A stretch of 64,000 nucleotides of DNA, from positions 2,218 through 66,217 of the forward strand of contig JBJMGJ010000380.1 in NCBI GenBank assembly GCA_045807965.1, read 5' to 3'. Source of the DNA: Bryobacteraceae bacterium. GTDB lineage: Bacteria > Acidobacteriota > Terriglobia > Bryobacterales > Bryobacteraceae. Below the pieces are notes generated by a model that worked only from the letters and a program-made list of their open reading frames with translations, was not told where the DNA came from and ran no database searches. Both the position numbers and the translations under genes were made by a program. Shown here in pieces: positions 1 to 8,329 of this stretch (the stretch's first letter is position 1; each line of letters begins with the position of its first letter).

Positions 1-858
1 GGCCATACCCTTCAGGTAATGCGTTCCATCCACCGCCACTCGAACCTGTGCATATCGCGATCGACCCAATGACAGATCTTCAACACCAGGCCGAACGAAT
101 ATAACTCCGTCAGCTTCAGTGCCACCCTGCTCTGCGTAACGAACAGCGAGGCGCTTGGAGCTCACAGATATGGGTGGCTGAACACCTAAGAACGATCGAC
201 CACCATCGTTGCTGTACTCTGCGATGGAGCCGATCTTGTCCTTGTTGGCCGCGATGTCCCTGTACTCGGTGCCAGGAGGTGCCAAGACTTTGATCGTGGT
301 CTTATTGCCCGTACCGAGTTGATCGACCTGAACCTTGTGAACCGTGTATCCTTGTTCACGCAGTACCGCAACAGCAGCATCGAGCTTGGTCCGGCTGACG
401 TTGGCGTGATACTCGACACCGGTGCCGATATCGAGATAACCCTTTTGATCGACCTGTCGCTTGAGCATGTCGGCCGTAGAGTTGAGTACCTTGGCCTTGT
501 CCGCTTGACCAGGAGCCAGCAAGGAGCGTACGGACGATTCGTTGATGCCCATCATCTCACCGATGCGCACATTTGAATATCCGTGATCTTTCAGCTTCTG
601 TGCTTGTGCAATCTGATCTGCCTTCTGCTGAGTCTTGGCGATCGACTTGGCAGCACGGAAGGCTGTAGTGCTCTCGATACCCAGACCTCGAGAGATCTCG
701 GTGTCACTCAGACCTTTCTTCTTCAGATCGTCAACCATTGTAAGGAAGTCACGGTTACGCTGAGATTGTGTCTCGCCCGATCCCCAAGGGTATCTTCCCG
801 ACTTGCGGAGGATCCCGTAGTGAGCGAGATAAGCTTCTTCACTGAATACGGGACTCAC
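1..858 (-). CDS. helix-turn-helix DNA-binding protein, 3' end cut by window edge
   Basis: Open minus-strand frame from GTG 858..856 (GTGA overlap with stop of 855..1415) to base 1. Absent from the track because no stop lies in the window. Hand translation shows two HTH-like segments (LSDTEISRGLGIESTTAFRAAK; YSNVRIGEMMGINESSVRSLL). Confidence 0.55.
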   Translation of the reverse strand, partial: MSPVFSEEAYLAHYGILRKSGRYPWGSGETQSQRNRDFLTMVDDLKKKGLSDTEISRGLGIESTTAFRAAKSIAKTQQKADQIAQAQKLKDHGYSNVRIGEMMGINESSVRSLLAPGQADKAKVLNSTADMLKRQVDQKGYLDIGTGVEYHANVSRTKLDAAVAVLREQGYTVHKVQVDQLGTGNKTTIKVLAPPGTEYRDIAANKDKIGSIAEYSNDGGRSFLGVQPPISVSSKRLAVRYAEQGGTEADGVIFVRPGVEDLSLGRSRYAQVRVAVDGTHYLKGMA

Positions 859-1415
859 CCAAGAGCCTCCTGCCTCATCTCGTTGATGCGACGATCAAAT
901 CCGATGATCTTGCTGATAATATGGGTCACCTCATCTGGATCGGCATCCCAAATCTGAATTGCGTCGTTCTGATAGATTCGCAGTTCCATCTCGATGTCCA
1001 TTGGCTTGTACCGATACTCGAGGCAGAATAACGCCGCATAGACGAGAAGCTGCTTCACTGAGGTCGGAGTGATTCCCGTTTTGAGATCATGCACTCGGAG
1101 CTTGTTCCGACGAAAGCCGATCGCATCAGCGGTGCCAAAACAATTGGGCGAGTAATATAACGTGACCTCCGGAGACATCCGATAGCCAAGCGCGTCATTC
1201 ACATAAGCGTTAAGCGTCTTACTGTTCGCAGGAAGCTTAACGCCTAGTCGGATCAATTGGTGCGCCAGATCATGTAACTCTGTGCCACGACGAGCAGCCA
1301 TTGCTGCAGTGTATGCAGCATCGAGCTTCTGATCGTCGTAACCAATCCAATGATACTTACTAGCGGACAGGAATGCGTGTTGCCCGGCGAGGTCGGAGTG
1401 CGTGTTGAAGATCAC
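855..1415 (-). CDS. PD-(D/E)XK (RecB/Cas4-like) nuclease, 186 aa
   Basis: Motifs TADAIGF, VHDLKTG (D-x-K) and QLLVYAAL (QxxxY), plus N-terminal LSASKYHW. Confidence 0.6.
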   Translation of the reverse strand: MIFNTHSDLAGQHAFLSASKYHWIGYDDQKLDAAYTAAMAARRGTELHDLAHQLIRLGVKLPANSKTLNAYVNDALGYRMSPEVTLYYSPNCFGTADAIGFRRNKLRVHDLKTGITPTSVKQLLVYAALFCLEYRYKPMDIEMELRIYQNDAIQIWDADPDEVTHIISKIIGFDRRINEMRQEALG

Positions 1416-1677
1416 GAAACACCTCGTCTTCGTTCTCTGGAAATATAAAGGCCGCGTAGGACATGTGATTCAGCTCTGATACGTAGTACGCCTGGTTGGG
1501 CTGAAAAGCAGAATCCTTGCTCGCCTTGACTTCCAGCATGGCCCATCGATCACCGAACAAGATGATGAGGTCTGGGACACCCTGCATATAAGAGCTGTCG
1601 TTCTTCAGAATCAGGCATCCAGGGAACTCCTTGCGGAGTCTTTTGATGACCTGAGGCTGGTAATGACGCTCCGCCAT
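1360..1677 (-). CDS. VRR-NUC-type nuclease, 105 aa
   Basis: GVPDLIILFGDRWAMLEVKAS..QPNQ matches the VRR-NUC PD..(D/E)xK core. Start moved to ATG 1677 behind GGGAGGG. Confidence 0.6.
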   Translation of the reverse strand: MAERHYQPQVIKRLRKEFPGCLILKNDSSYMQGVPDLIILFGDRWAMLEVKASKDSAFQPNQAYYVSELNHMSYAAFIFPENEDEVFRDLQHALRPRRATRIPVR

Positions 1678-1747
1678 GATGTCCCTCCCCCAAAACCAAC
1701 GGCTTGATCTCACCCCTTCTGTTATATACCGCGATTTTTGCGCGTAA

Positions 1748-2348
1748 TAGTAACTATTCTCCATCATACCGTCTGAAGGTATACATCAGCGGCCAAGCGG
1801 GCTGTATCTCACCTGCTCCCTGGAATGCGTGAAACGACTGTGCTACGTGAGTTTCGAGCACGCCGTATGTAATCGTCGCTTCCCATGAGTTCTCGAATAT
1901 AGCGCCGGTCTGTGTCTCGATGATCGGGCAGTTTACGAACGGCGGACGATATCGCTCGAACTGGTTGAGATACTTAGCAGCGTACCAACGAGGCCGCCAC
2001 AAGAGATTGTTGGCGGCGTTGTTTCGGCGATTACCATCCAGATGCATCGGTACGGTGAATATGTCATCGCTGCCGTGATGCGGCAACCAGCGATCTGCAA
2101 CGAGCTTAGCGACTCCACGTTTGTACTGACGGCCATCTCGTGTAAGGCCGACCATCACGACACCCGCTTGGTTGATGGTTGTCGCCAAAATACGCCCTGT
2201 GTCGTCATTTCGAACCCGACCTTGATCACTCACAGAATATCGCGGAAACTCGTCAATTGACAGCCAATGTTCCATGAATTCTCCCTTAAAATTCTGCCAA
2301 GATTTTTCGAAAACTTTTCTCCAACGAGTTTTACTTAGTAACTATTCT
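1748..2348 (-). mobile_element. free-standing HNH homing-endonuclease cassette bounded by a 13-bp direct repeat
   Basis: TAGTAACTATTCT occurs at 1748..1760 (covering the HNH stop codon) and at 2336..2348 (61 nt upstream of the HNH start, which is at 2275). The second copy lies inside an 11-bp palindrome (2333..2343 / 2354..2364). Confidence 0.4.
1754..2275 (-). CDS. HNH homing endonuclease (NUMOD4 + HNH), 173 aa
   Basis: N-terminal WLSIDEFPRYSVSDQGRVRN (NUMOD4-like). HLDGNRRNNAANNLLW is an HNH motif. SD AAGGGAGA upstream. Confidence 0.8.
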   Translation of the reverse strand: MEHWLSIDEFPRYSVSDQGRVRNDDTGRILATTINQAGVVMVGLTRDGRQYKRGVAKLVADRWLPHHGSDDIFTVPMHLDGNRRNNAANNLLWRPRWYAAKYLNQFERYRPPFVNCPIIETQTGAIFENSWEATITYGVLETHVAQSFHAFQGAGEIQPAWPLMYTFRRYDGE

Positions 2349-2646
2349 ACTTTAGTTACTAAGTTTGAATCGAGGAGAAAGTATTTGGCTGTGTTTTTGG
2401 CAGAAAGTTACCATGGCAGTATCAAGAATTTAGAAGGATTGTGAGGGCAAAAGCCCAGGTCAGAGGCTTGTAGGCCTCCAAGCTGAGTGTTGTGACTGAG
2501 CTGCCATTTTCTGCCATTTATGATCCCGTTTAAAATATCGACCTTTTTGATCTTGTTTTTAGCCCTTCTCGAAAGCTACTCAAAATAGCCCCAAAATTGA
2601 CCTGTTTTTTCAACGGGATCATAAACGGCAGAAAACGGTTGGCAAA
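2276..2646. repeat. AT-rich non-coding region with CTGCCA/TGGCAG iterons and inverted repeats (candidate origin or operator array)
   Basis: CTGCCA at 2294, 2501, 2511. TGGCAG/GGCAG/TGGCAA at 2398, 2414, 2626, 2640. Tandem ctgccatttt-ctgccattta. 19/20 inverted repeat 2511..2530 / 2612..2631. 20 of 60 nt are G+C in 2281..2340. No credible ORF. Confidence 0.5.
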
Positions 2647-3054
2647 TCACGGTCCGAACGTATCTTCCATCAAAGTATGTATTTGACGTGTCAATCGCAC
2701 TCCTGCATCCATTAAAGTGACCTGCGGTCGCCCAGTTCGGTTGTTTGGATATGGCTTCAGAATCCGTTGCGTGTGCTTGTTTCGGACCCTGCCTAGATTG
2801 CTTATTTCATACGCACGAGCTTCTCGTATGGTCTGCCATTCTTCCTCTTCGACCAATGCTTCTGGACCGAAAGCGATCTCGATAAGCTTTTCTACTGGAA
2901 CTGACCAACGCTCACCATCTACCATCAGCAAGACTCTTGGTCTGTAGTACATGTGGTTGTACTTAAGAATCCGAGCAGTTTTTCGGTTTCGCACTCGCCA
3001 TTCATTGCTCACTTCGTAATTTGGTGCGGGTTCAATAACACGCCATTCTTCCAT
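2647..3054 (-). CDS. tandem NUMOD4-motif protein without nuclease motif, 135 aa
   Basis: Two copies of EEW..I..AP/ARxYE(V/I)SN.GRVRN (residues 1-25 and about 70-95). No HNH or GIY motif seen. Confidence 0.5.
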   Translation of the reverse strand: MEEWRVIEPAPNYEVSNEWRVRNRKTARILKYNHMYYRPRVLLMVDGERWSVPVEKLIEIAFGPEALVEEEEWQTIREARAYEISNLGRVRNKHTQRILKPYPNNRTGRPQVTLMDAGVRLTRQIHTLMEDTFGP

Positions 3055-3063
3055 CTCACCCTC

Positions 3064-4296
3064 CTATAGTTTGAATTCACGTTCATTAAAGCTTCGCTTG
3101 GTCCGTAACGCCTTCCACACGGCATGATCGATCGGTGAGTCAGACCTGAGTACGTAATAGTGCAGATCCTCGTACGGACTGTTTAATCGATCGATCCGGC
3201 CGTGTGCCTGATGCCATAGCTTGTAGGAATATGTCAAAGAATAGAAGCACATACTGTCTGTCTCTACGCAGTTCCAGCCCTCTGCACCGGATTGGTACTG
3301 CACCAGATATACCCACTCAGAGCTCTTCGGAATCTCCTCGTGCTTGTGTCCGTTCCATTCGGCTACTCGGATCTGATCACTCAGGGCTCTTAAGATCTCC
3401 AACTCGTAATCGAAATTGTAGAAGACGATGAGCTTTGGATGCTTCCGAATCAATGAGCGAACAGCATTCAAACGGCTCACATCCGAGTTCGCAAGGCGCC
3501 TCATGACACCAAACAGCTCGCCCGCATCCTTCATCGGTCGATTCGTGTACGGGTTCCATCGTCGCTTCACCGCCAATCTCATCAGGTCCTCGTCGTAATC
3601 GACGTGCAGCAGGTGTGTATGCCTGGTGGTGTGTCTCGTACATGGCATGTCCACCAACAGCTCGTTACGGAGCCGTACAAGGCGATTAACGCCTACGTAT
3701 CGATCCACCTTCGGGTATCGGGTGATGTAGGGGGCATAGACGACATGCTGCCGCTTGAAGTCGGTGATGTTCCGGTAATATCCGTTGGCGATGAAGACCG
3801 GCGCGTAGTCGAGCCAAGTATCTCCTGGGGTAGCACTAAGAAGTATCCATCGGTTGTGTTTAGCAATATGTAGGAACGCCTTGACCCATTTGCCGATCCC
3901 CACCACTCGCTGTTCGTCAAAGATAAAGAAGGCATTCTCTACCTCGGTGTACTTTCCGATGTTGTTCCAGGAGTCGACATGCAGAACTCCAGCCAGGGTC
4001 TCGCCTTTCTTCGTCCCCACCCCGAATTTAGCTGCTTCGGCTTGCCAATCCAGAGAATCCCGCTTCTTGGCTGGGGTGATAACATATAGGTCTCGAGGCG
4101 CCTCCCGGGTAAAGTAATAGGCCATCGCCGTACGCGACTTGCCTGTACCCACACCTCCGCAGAGGATGGAACCGTTACGAAGCTTATCGACAGCTTTTTC
4201 TTGGTGTGGATATAGATCAAAGTTACCTACCCCGCCTTCGGCAATACGTTCCTGCCATTCGACCTGGATCTTGTCCATTGACATAACAGGCACCAA
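3064..4296 (-). CDS. SF2 (DEAD/SNF2-like) helicase, 410 aa
   Basis: LYPHQEKAV, Walker [11 protein letters not shown], motif II FIFDEQ. GTG start behind AAGGAGG. Confidence 0.7.
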   Translation of the reverse strand: MVPVMSMDKIQVEWQERIAEGGVGNFDLYPHQEKAVDKLRNGSILCGGVGTGKSRTAMAYYFTREAPRDLYVITPAKKRDSLDWQAEAAKFGVGTKKGETLAGVLHVDSWNNIGKYTEVENAFFIFDEQRVVGIGKWVKAFLHIAKHNRWILLSATPGDTWLDYAPVFIANGYYRNITDFKRQHVVYAPYITRYPKVDRYVGVNRLVRLRNELLVDMPCTRHTTRHTHLLHVDYDEDLMRLAVKRRWNPYTNRPMKDAGELFGVMRRLANSDVSRLNAVRSLIRKHPKLIVFYNFDYELEILRALSDQIRVAEWNGHKHEEIPKSSEWVYLVQYQSGAEGWNCVETDSMCFYSLTYSYKLWHQAHGRIDRLNSPYEDLHYYVLRSDSPIDHAVWKALRTKRSFNEREFKL

Positions 4297-4369
4297 ACCT
4301 CCTTACTACCTACAAATATGGTGTAGTTGTAACATCGAGGACAGCGTCTGGGTATCCGCGGATGCTTGG

Positions 4370-4720
4370 TCATGTCCAATCCTCGATCGGAGACAATTCG
4401 AACACCTGCTCCATGGCATGATCCCAATGCCGGAACCGGATGGCCCGATCGTCGATCAGAGCTACGGACGGTTCCTTGACGTTCGTCACCCGGTATTTCG
4501 GGAAACCGTGCCGGAAAAGCCAGTCCCAGATTTGCTTACCGTCTCGAGTCGAGAAGATGACTACTTCAAATCCACAAACTTCCAAGGTGTTCAGCGCTTC
4601 TTTGGCACCCTCCATCGGCTCGTCGTAAATACTGCCATCGGCCCAACCACGACTGTACCGATGGATAACGCCGTCGAAATCCACCAAAAGCTTCGGTTGA
4701 TACACCATTTGCTCCTCCAT
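4370..4720 (-). CDS. HAD-superfamily phosphatase/nucleotidase-like protein, 116 aa
   Basis: LLVDFDGVIH (DxDGV motif I), FSTR, IDDR. The start could instead be ATG 4708 behind GGAGGAG. Confidence 0.6.
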   Translation of the reverse strand: MEEQMVYQPKLLVDFDGVIHRYSRGWADGSIYDEPMEGAKEALNTLEVCGFEVVIFSTRDGKQIWDWLFRHGFPKYRVTNVKEPSVALIDDRAIRFRHWDHAMEQVFELSPIEDWT

Positions 4721-4723
4721 CGT

Positions 4724-4891
4724 CTATACCTTCTTCCTAGTACCAAAATATCGAACAGCCGATCCAGGATGCGCATGTCGTCCCCAGTTCATGAACACTC
4801 GACCACAATAAACGCACTGTGCCATGTAGGTATTCGCGACGAACTTCATCGCCCAACAAGCAGGACACATCAACGGCGGCCAGTTGTCCAT
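4724..4891 (-). CDS. zinc-ribbon microprotein, 55 aa
   Basis: Hand translation MDNWPPLMCPACWAMKFVANTYMAQCVYCGRVF... (CxxC..CxxC). ATGA overlap with stop of 4891..5109. Below the track size cutoff. Confidence 0.5.
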   Translation of the reverse strand: MDNWPPLMCPACWAMKFVANTYMAQCVYCGRVFMNWGRHAHPGSAVRYFGTRKKV

Positions 4892-5109
4892 CAGTTCTCC
4901 AACGAAAGGCGTTTCATCGTCTCTTCGATGGAGAAGGAGTTGTGCACGAACATGTGCAGCCAGGCGCCACTGTCGTCATGGAACAACACTGCGGCACTGT
5001 TCCGCTCCAATGACTGTTGATAGAGCTTCTTCAATTTCTCGAGTGGTACTTTGGTTTGGTCGCAGACCATCTCGAGAATTTCCTCTCTCAGTACGATGTA
5101 TTCGTTCAC
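4891..5109 (-). CDS. hypothetical protein, 72 aa
   Basis: Track ORF, tightly packed in the minus-strand operon. Confidence 0.5.
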   Translation of the reverse strand: MNEYIVLREEILEMVCDQTKVPLEKLKKLYQQSLERNSAAVLFHDDSGAWLHMFVHNSFSIEETMKRLSLEN

Positions 5110-5113
5110 TTCA

Positions 5114-5440
5114 TCAGTCTCGCAATCTCTCGAAGATCTTTCGCATCACGGTTGGAATATGGTATGCGTTGCTCACCCTGATCGATTCCCAGCGGTTACG
5201 TGTGAAGAAAACGACAAACTGACAGTCTGTTGTCTCCGCTTCCACCATCTGACCAGCGAGCCAATACGGATCCAGCCCACTTACCTGGGCGGTATCGTCG
5301 AACGTACCCGGCTCGACGATGAAATAGTTGTCCAACGCCGTCTCCGAATGCCAGATCACGGCGCATTTGATGCAATAATCGCCCGAATTGAGTACTCGAG
5401 GCTTACCACAGCTTCGACAGGGCTTAAGTTTCAGATCCAT
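5114..5440 (-). CDS. hypothetical protein with N-terminal zinc ribbon, 108 aa
   Basis: CRSCG..13..CIKC near the N-terminus. Confidence 0.55.
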   Translation of the reverse strand: MDLKLKPCRSCGKPRVLNSGDYCIKCAVIWHSETALDNYFIVEPGTFDDTAQVSGLDPYWLAGQMVEAETTDCQFVVFFTRNRWESIRVSNAYHIPTVMRKIFERLRD

Positions 5441-5660
5441 CCGCGATCACCTCGAATTCGGCAACGTGATAGGAATAAATTGGTCCGACGAACAGATCTG
5501 GTCGGTGAATATGGTTCATACTGCTGAGCTGTTCCCAGTTGTACTCGTGATCCGGTTCCTGCTGAGCAGCAAAAGCCTTGGCCGACTCTTCTTTTTCGAA
5601 GACACCGAGAACGACCACGTGATCCCAGGTGTTGATCCGGGTAAGGACGAAAACCTTCAT
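5424..5660 (-). CDS. hypothetical protein, 78 aa
   Basis: Start moved to ATG 5660 (MKVFVL), which makes an ATGA overlap with the upstream stop. Confidence 0.5.
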   Translation of the reverse strand: MKVFVLTRINTWDHVVVLGVFEKEESAKAFAAQQEPDHEYNWEQLSSMNHIHRPDLFVGPIYSYHVAEFEVIADGSET

Positions 5661-6097
5661 TCCTCGATCGTCACCAACTTCCGCTGAGTGTATTGACCGG
5701 GCTCGTCCTCCACCAGCGGACAGACGTCGATCACGAAGAAGCACCGGGTACCATTACCCTGTCCGGACAGAAACTGGATCTGGTCACCCAGCTCGAGGTT
5801 GAATCCTCCCCACGGATGATCCTCAAACATGTATGCGCAGCCGTCCTCAGTCATCTCCAGGTCGTCCGGCACGTTCTCCTCTATCCAGGTCACGAGTTTC
5901 ATTTTGGCCACTCCGATTTGTAAGTGACCCTCAGGCCGACATGAGCCAATCCCGAGGCCAGATCTGTGCACATGGCCCCAGCCGTCGTACACACACATCT
6001 CGCCGCAGCGCGGGCAACTCTTGGGCTCCCGGTCGTCCGGCCCGACAATGGGCTTGTGTTCTTTACCCTCCTCGATGATTCGAATATAGGTGCTCAT
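5657..6097 (-). CDS. hypothetical protein, 146 aa (paralog of 6094..6333)
   Basis: The C-terminal half LELGDQIQFLSGQGNGTRCFFVIDV matches LDVGDQVQYLSEVGTSCYFVVDK in the neighbouring gene. CPRCG motif present. Confidence 0.55.
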   Translation of the reverse strand: MSTYIRIIEEGKEHKPIVGPDDREPKSCPRCGEMCVYDGWGHVHRSGLGIGSCRPEGHLQIGVAKMKLVTWIEENVPDDLEMTEDGCAYMFEDHPWGGFNLELGDQIQFLSGQGNGTRCFFVIDVCPLVEDEPGQYTQRKLVTIEE

Positions 6098-6333
6098 CGT
6101 GCCTCCGCCGCCCGGAGTACGATCTGATACACACCTTCGGTAAACCCGCCGTCAGTGGTCGTCGGTTGCTTGTCGACCACAAAATAACAACTGGTGCCCA
6201 CCTCAGAGAGATACTGCACCTGGTCACCCACGTCGAGATTGAGCCAGTATTTGCAGTCCACGAACGTACCGTCACCATTCGGCAGTACATCCACCGGAGG
6301 ACAATCACTGTCGTCGATTCGTACGATCTTCAT
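6094..6333 (-). CDS. hypothetical protein, 79 aa (paralog of 5657..6097)
   Basis: Start moved to ATG 6333 (ATGA overlap). Confidence 0.5.
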   Translation of the reverse strand: MKIVRIDDSDCPPVDVLPNGDGTFVDCKYWLNLDVGDQVQYLSEVGTSCYFVVDKQPTTTDGGFTEGVYQIVLRAAEAR

Positions 6334-6542
6334 CCCAGTCCAATCCACATGTCGAGAATATAGATGCTGGACAACATACTGCAGAGCTCCAGAGCTAGAA
6401 TAGCGATAGCGATTCCGTGATAGATGTCTATTTCGGCTTCCGCCAACCGTTCTTGCAGCAACATCAAAATGCGCCAGGCCAGTACATTACCCAGGACGAT
6501 GAAGAATATCTTAAACAAGAGCTTTGACCCATTCTGGCGCAT
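6330..6542 (-). CDS. small membrane protein, 70 aa
   Basis: Start at ATG 6542 behind AAGGA. Hydrophobic segments LLFKIFFIVLGNVLAW and GIAIAILALELCSML. Confidence 0.45.
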   Translation of the reverse strand: MRQNGSKLLFKIFFIVLGNVLAWRILMLLQERLAEAEIDIYHGIAIAILALELCSMLSSIYILDMWIGLG

Positions 6543-7023
6543 CCTTACGAGCTCGGCGCAGCAGGCCACCTTTCTGAACATGTTCGGCCAGTTCCAGACT
6601 CAATCCTCGAGTCGTCACCGGTTTGTACCATTCGATCAGCAATGGCAGATCCTTCGGTGGTTCACTGGTCGGATACCCCATCGAATATGCCACCCCGCCA
6701 CAGTTCTCGGTGGCGAAGCACGGCGTGGTGAACGGAGTGACCCCCTCGTTCAGGTCCACCGTCAGCCAGGCACCACCGCACTCCCGGCATTTGTAGCCGT
6801 TGTACCTGTAGATCGTCGGTTCCTCGGCCAGATCACTTTCCTGCCACTTCCGGATCTTGTAAGGACGCCGAGGTGGGTCCTTCTTTGGTCGTTTGCGGTT
6901 ACTCACTTGTTGTCTCGCTACTCTCCAGCCGCAATATGTGCACCAGGCTCCTTTCTGGTCGATTGTGACGCTTGTCCGCTCACAGACCGGGCACTTTCCG
7001 AATATGCCGAAGGTGTCGGACAT
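6511..7023 (-). CDS. multi-zinc-ribbon protein, 170 aa
   Basis: CPVC..CTYC and CREC..C motifs. Confidence 0.55.
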   Translation of the reverse strand: MSDTFGIFGKCPVCERTSVTIDQKGAWCTYCGWRVARQQVSNRKRPKKDPPRRPYKIRKWQESDLAEEPTIYRYNGYKCRECGGAWLTVDLNEGVTPFTTPCFATENCGGVAYSMGYPTSEPPKDLPLLIEWYKPVTTRGLSLELAEHVQKGGLLRRARKDAPEWVKALV

Positions 7024-7036
7024 GGTTCACGGTTCC

Positions 7037-7237
7037 TCACTTTCCGATCTTCACTCGAAGCCACCAGTACGGATACCACTTGATTCGTCTTGGATCCAAA
7101 CTGGACCAGGAGCAGCCGTCCTTACACTCGATACAGCGGGCACTGAGCAGAATGAGCGGATCCTTGATGATCCGGGCCTTGCCTCCGCACATTCCGCAAC
7201 GCACCATAGGTGGATTCGGATTCGCCATCGTCTCCAT
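7037..7237 (-). CDS. zinc-ribbon protein, 66 aa
   Basis: CGMCGG..CIEC. The track start is TTG 7240; ATG 7237 overlaps the upstream stop. Confidence 0.5.
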   Translation of the reverse strand: METMANPNPPMVRCGMCGGKARIIKDPLILLSARCIECKDGCSWSSLDPRRIKWYPYWWLRVKIGK

Positions 7238-7395
7238 CAAAGATTTCCCTGTGTCTGCCTGATGTTCACCAGTGTCTCCAGAGCGATTGCGAGCCGCTCC
7301 AGGTAATCCCGTTGCTCTTCCAGAGCATCAAGTATCTGCGACAGAACGTCGTTCTCGGTCGTACGTACATCAGTAGTGTTCTCAGTCTCACTCAT
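7237..7395 (-). CDS. acidic microprotein, 52 aa
   Basis: Hand translation MSETENTTDVRTTENDVLSQILDALEEQRDYLERLAIALETLVNIRQTQGNL. Below the track cutoff. Confidence 0.45.
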   Translation of the reverse strand: MSETENTTDVRTTENDVLSQILDALEEQRDYLERLAIALETLVNIRQTQGNL

Positions 7396-7404
7396 CGTAT
7401 TCTC

Positions 7405-7608
7405 CTAGAGCTCTTCGTCATCCGGTAGTAGAATGGACGTGCCCGGGATCCAGGTCTTGTAACCTACCCCCGGAGGATTTCGGTTGGTCTGTTTTCGGGT
7501 GTATTTCGCCTCCTCGTCCTTACGCAGCTCCTTGATGTGTTCGCATTGCTGCAATTTTCGAACTCGGTGCCAGCCTCGGCCGTGCTTACCCTCACAGGGA
7601 CAGTCCAT
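7405..7608 (-). CDS. hypothetical Cys-containing protein, 67 aa
   Basis: Internal ATG 7608 (MDCPCEGKHG) behind AAGGAGGA. This replaces the 153-aa track ORF. Confidence 0.5.
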   Translation of the reverse strand: MDCPCEGKHGRGWHRVRKLQQCEHIKELRKDEEAKYTRKQTNRNPPGVGYKTWIPGTSILLPDDEEL

Positions 7609-7853
7609 CAATCCTCCTTGTGCTGACCTCGACTCTCCCAGACCACATAGAAATACGGATTGCGACCGGTGGCGAAACAGCTCTGGTCCGTATCGATGTG
7701 TATCGCCTTCTGACAGCGAATACTCGGACAGCGCGGAAACGTCTGTGGACACCGGTCTTCCTCCTTGACCGGGCAAAGACTGTAGATCAGCCGATCGTCG
7801 GAAACCGGATGGAGGTAGAAACGTCTTCGTGGTGGTATAGGCGAGTTTGCCAT
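7608..7853 (-). CDS. hypothetical Cys-rich protein, 81 aa
   Basis: ATG 7853 lies just downstream of terminator 7868..7897. Its stop overlaps ATG 7608. Confidence 0.5.
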   Translation of the reverse strand: MANSPIPPRRRFYLHPVSDDRLIYSLCPVKEEDRCPQTFPRCPSIRCQKAIHIDTDQSCFATGRNPYFYVVWESRGQHKED

Positions 7854-7867
7854 GCTCTCTCTCCAAG

Positions 7868-7897
7868 AAAAAACCATACCCCTTGTAAGGGATATGG
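7868..7897 (-). terminator. intrinsic terminator (hairpin family)
   Basis: Plus-strand ccatacccc-ttgtaa-gggatatgg preceded by aaaaaa. The one mismatch becomes a G-U pair only on the minus-strand RNA. Confidence 0.7.
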
Positions 7898-7907
7898 TCT
7901 TGAGGTG

Positions 7908-8210
7908 CTACTTCAGGCGGATCTTGAGCCGGTTGCGGTAGATGGGATCCGTTCCTTCGATGACGAACTTGTCATCGAACTCGTTCCAGGTTGCGATCCA
8001 GACGCTGTGGAAGCGACTTCCGAGAGACTTGACGAACGGATCGCTGGCGCTAATCAGCCGGATAACGGCGATGTAGCCCGGTTCGAAAGTTCGGGGTACT
8101 CCAGGGAGGTTGCTTGCGGACATGACGTCGCTAGGATCGAACTCGGCAGCGAGCTCGTTTTTGTTCTCGTCGGTGATACGGAACGCAAACCACTCAGCGG
8201 TGGGGTTCAT
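7908..8210 (-). CDS. hypothetical protein, 100 aa
   Basis: Track ORF with its own promoter box and terminator. Confidence 0.6.
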   Translation of the reverse strand: MNPTAEWFAFRITDENKNELAAEFDPSDVMSASNLPGVPRTFEPGYIAVIRLISASDPFVKSLGSRFHSVWIATWNEFDDKFVIEGTDPIYRNRLKIRLK

Positions 8211-8259
8211 GATGTCTCCTTATGTAGGGGTTTCATCATAACCCGTGTAAACTCCGCGA
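8211..8259 (-). promoter_or_regulatory. conserved promoter-like box + leader (copy 1 of 18)
   Basis: Minus strand TCGCGGAGTTTACACGGGTTATGATGAAACCCCTACATAAGGAGACATC-ATG. Confidence 0.5.
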
Positions 8260-8275
8260 AAAAAATAAACCGTGT

Positions 8276-8310
8276 GGAAAGAGCTGGGGCAGCCCGAAAG
8301 CCACCCCAGC
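8276..8310 (-). terminator. putative terminator
   Basis: Stem gctgggg/ccccagc 20 nt after the stop of 8330..8692. The U-tract is weak. Confidence 0.5.
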
Positions 8311-8329
8311 CCTTCCTCACGTCCTCAGA

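Noticed and set aside
4139-5020. 293-aa plus-strand ORF
   Set aside because: It spans five tightly coupled minus-strand genes that have motifs (helicase N-terminus, HAD, zinc ribbons). It has no SD and no motif.
7405-7866. 153-aa track ORF as a single gene
   Set aside because: Its upstream part lies out of frame over a better ORF (7608..7853, Cys-rich, which starts right after a terminator). An internal ATG at 7608 has a strong AAGGAGGA and overlaps that ORF's stop.
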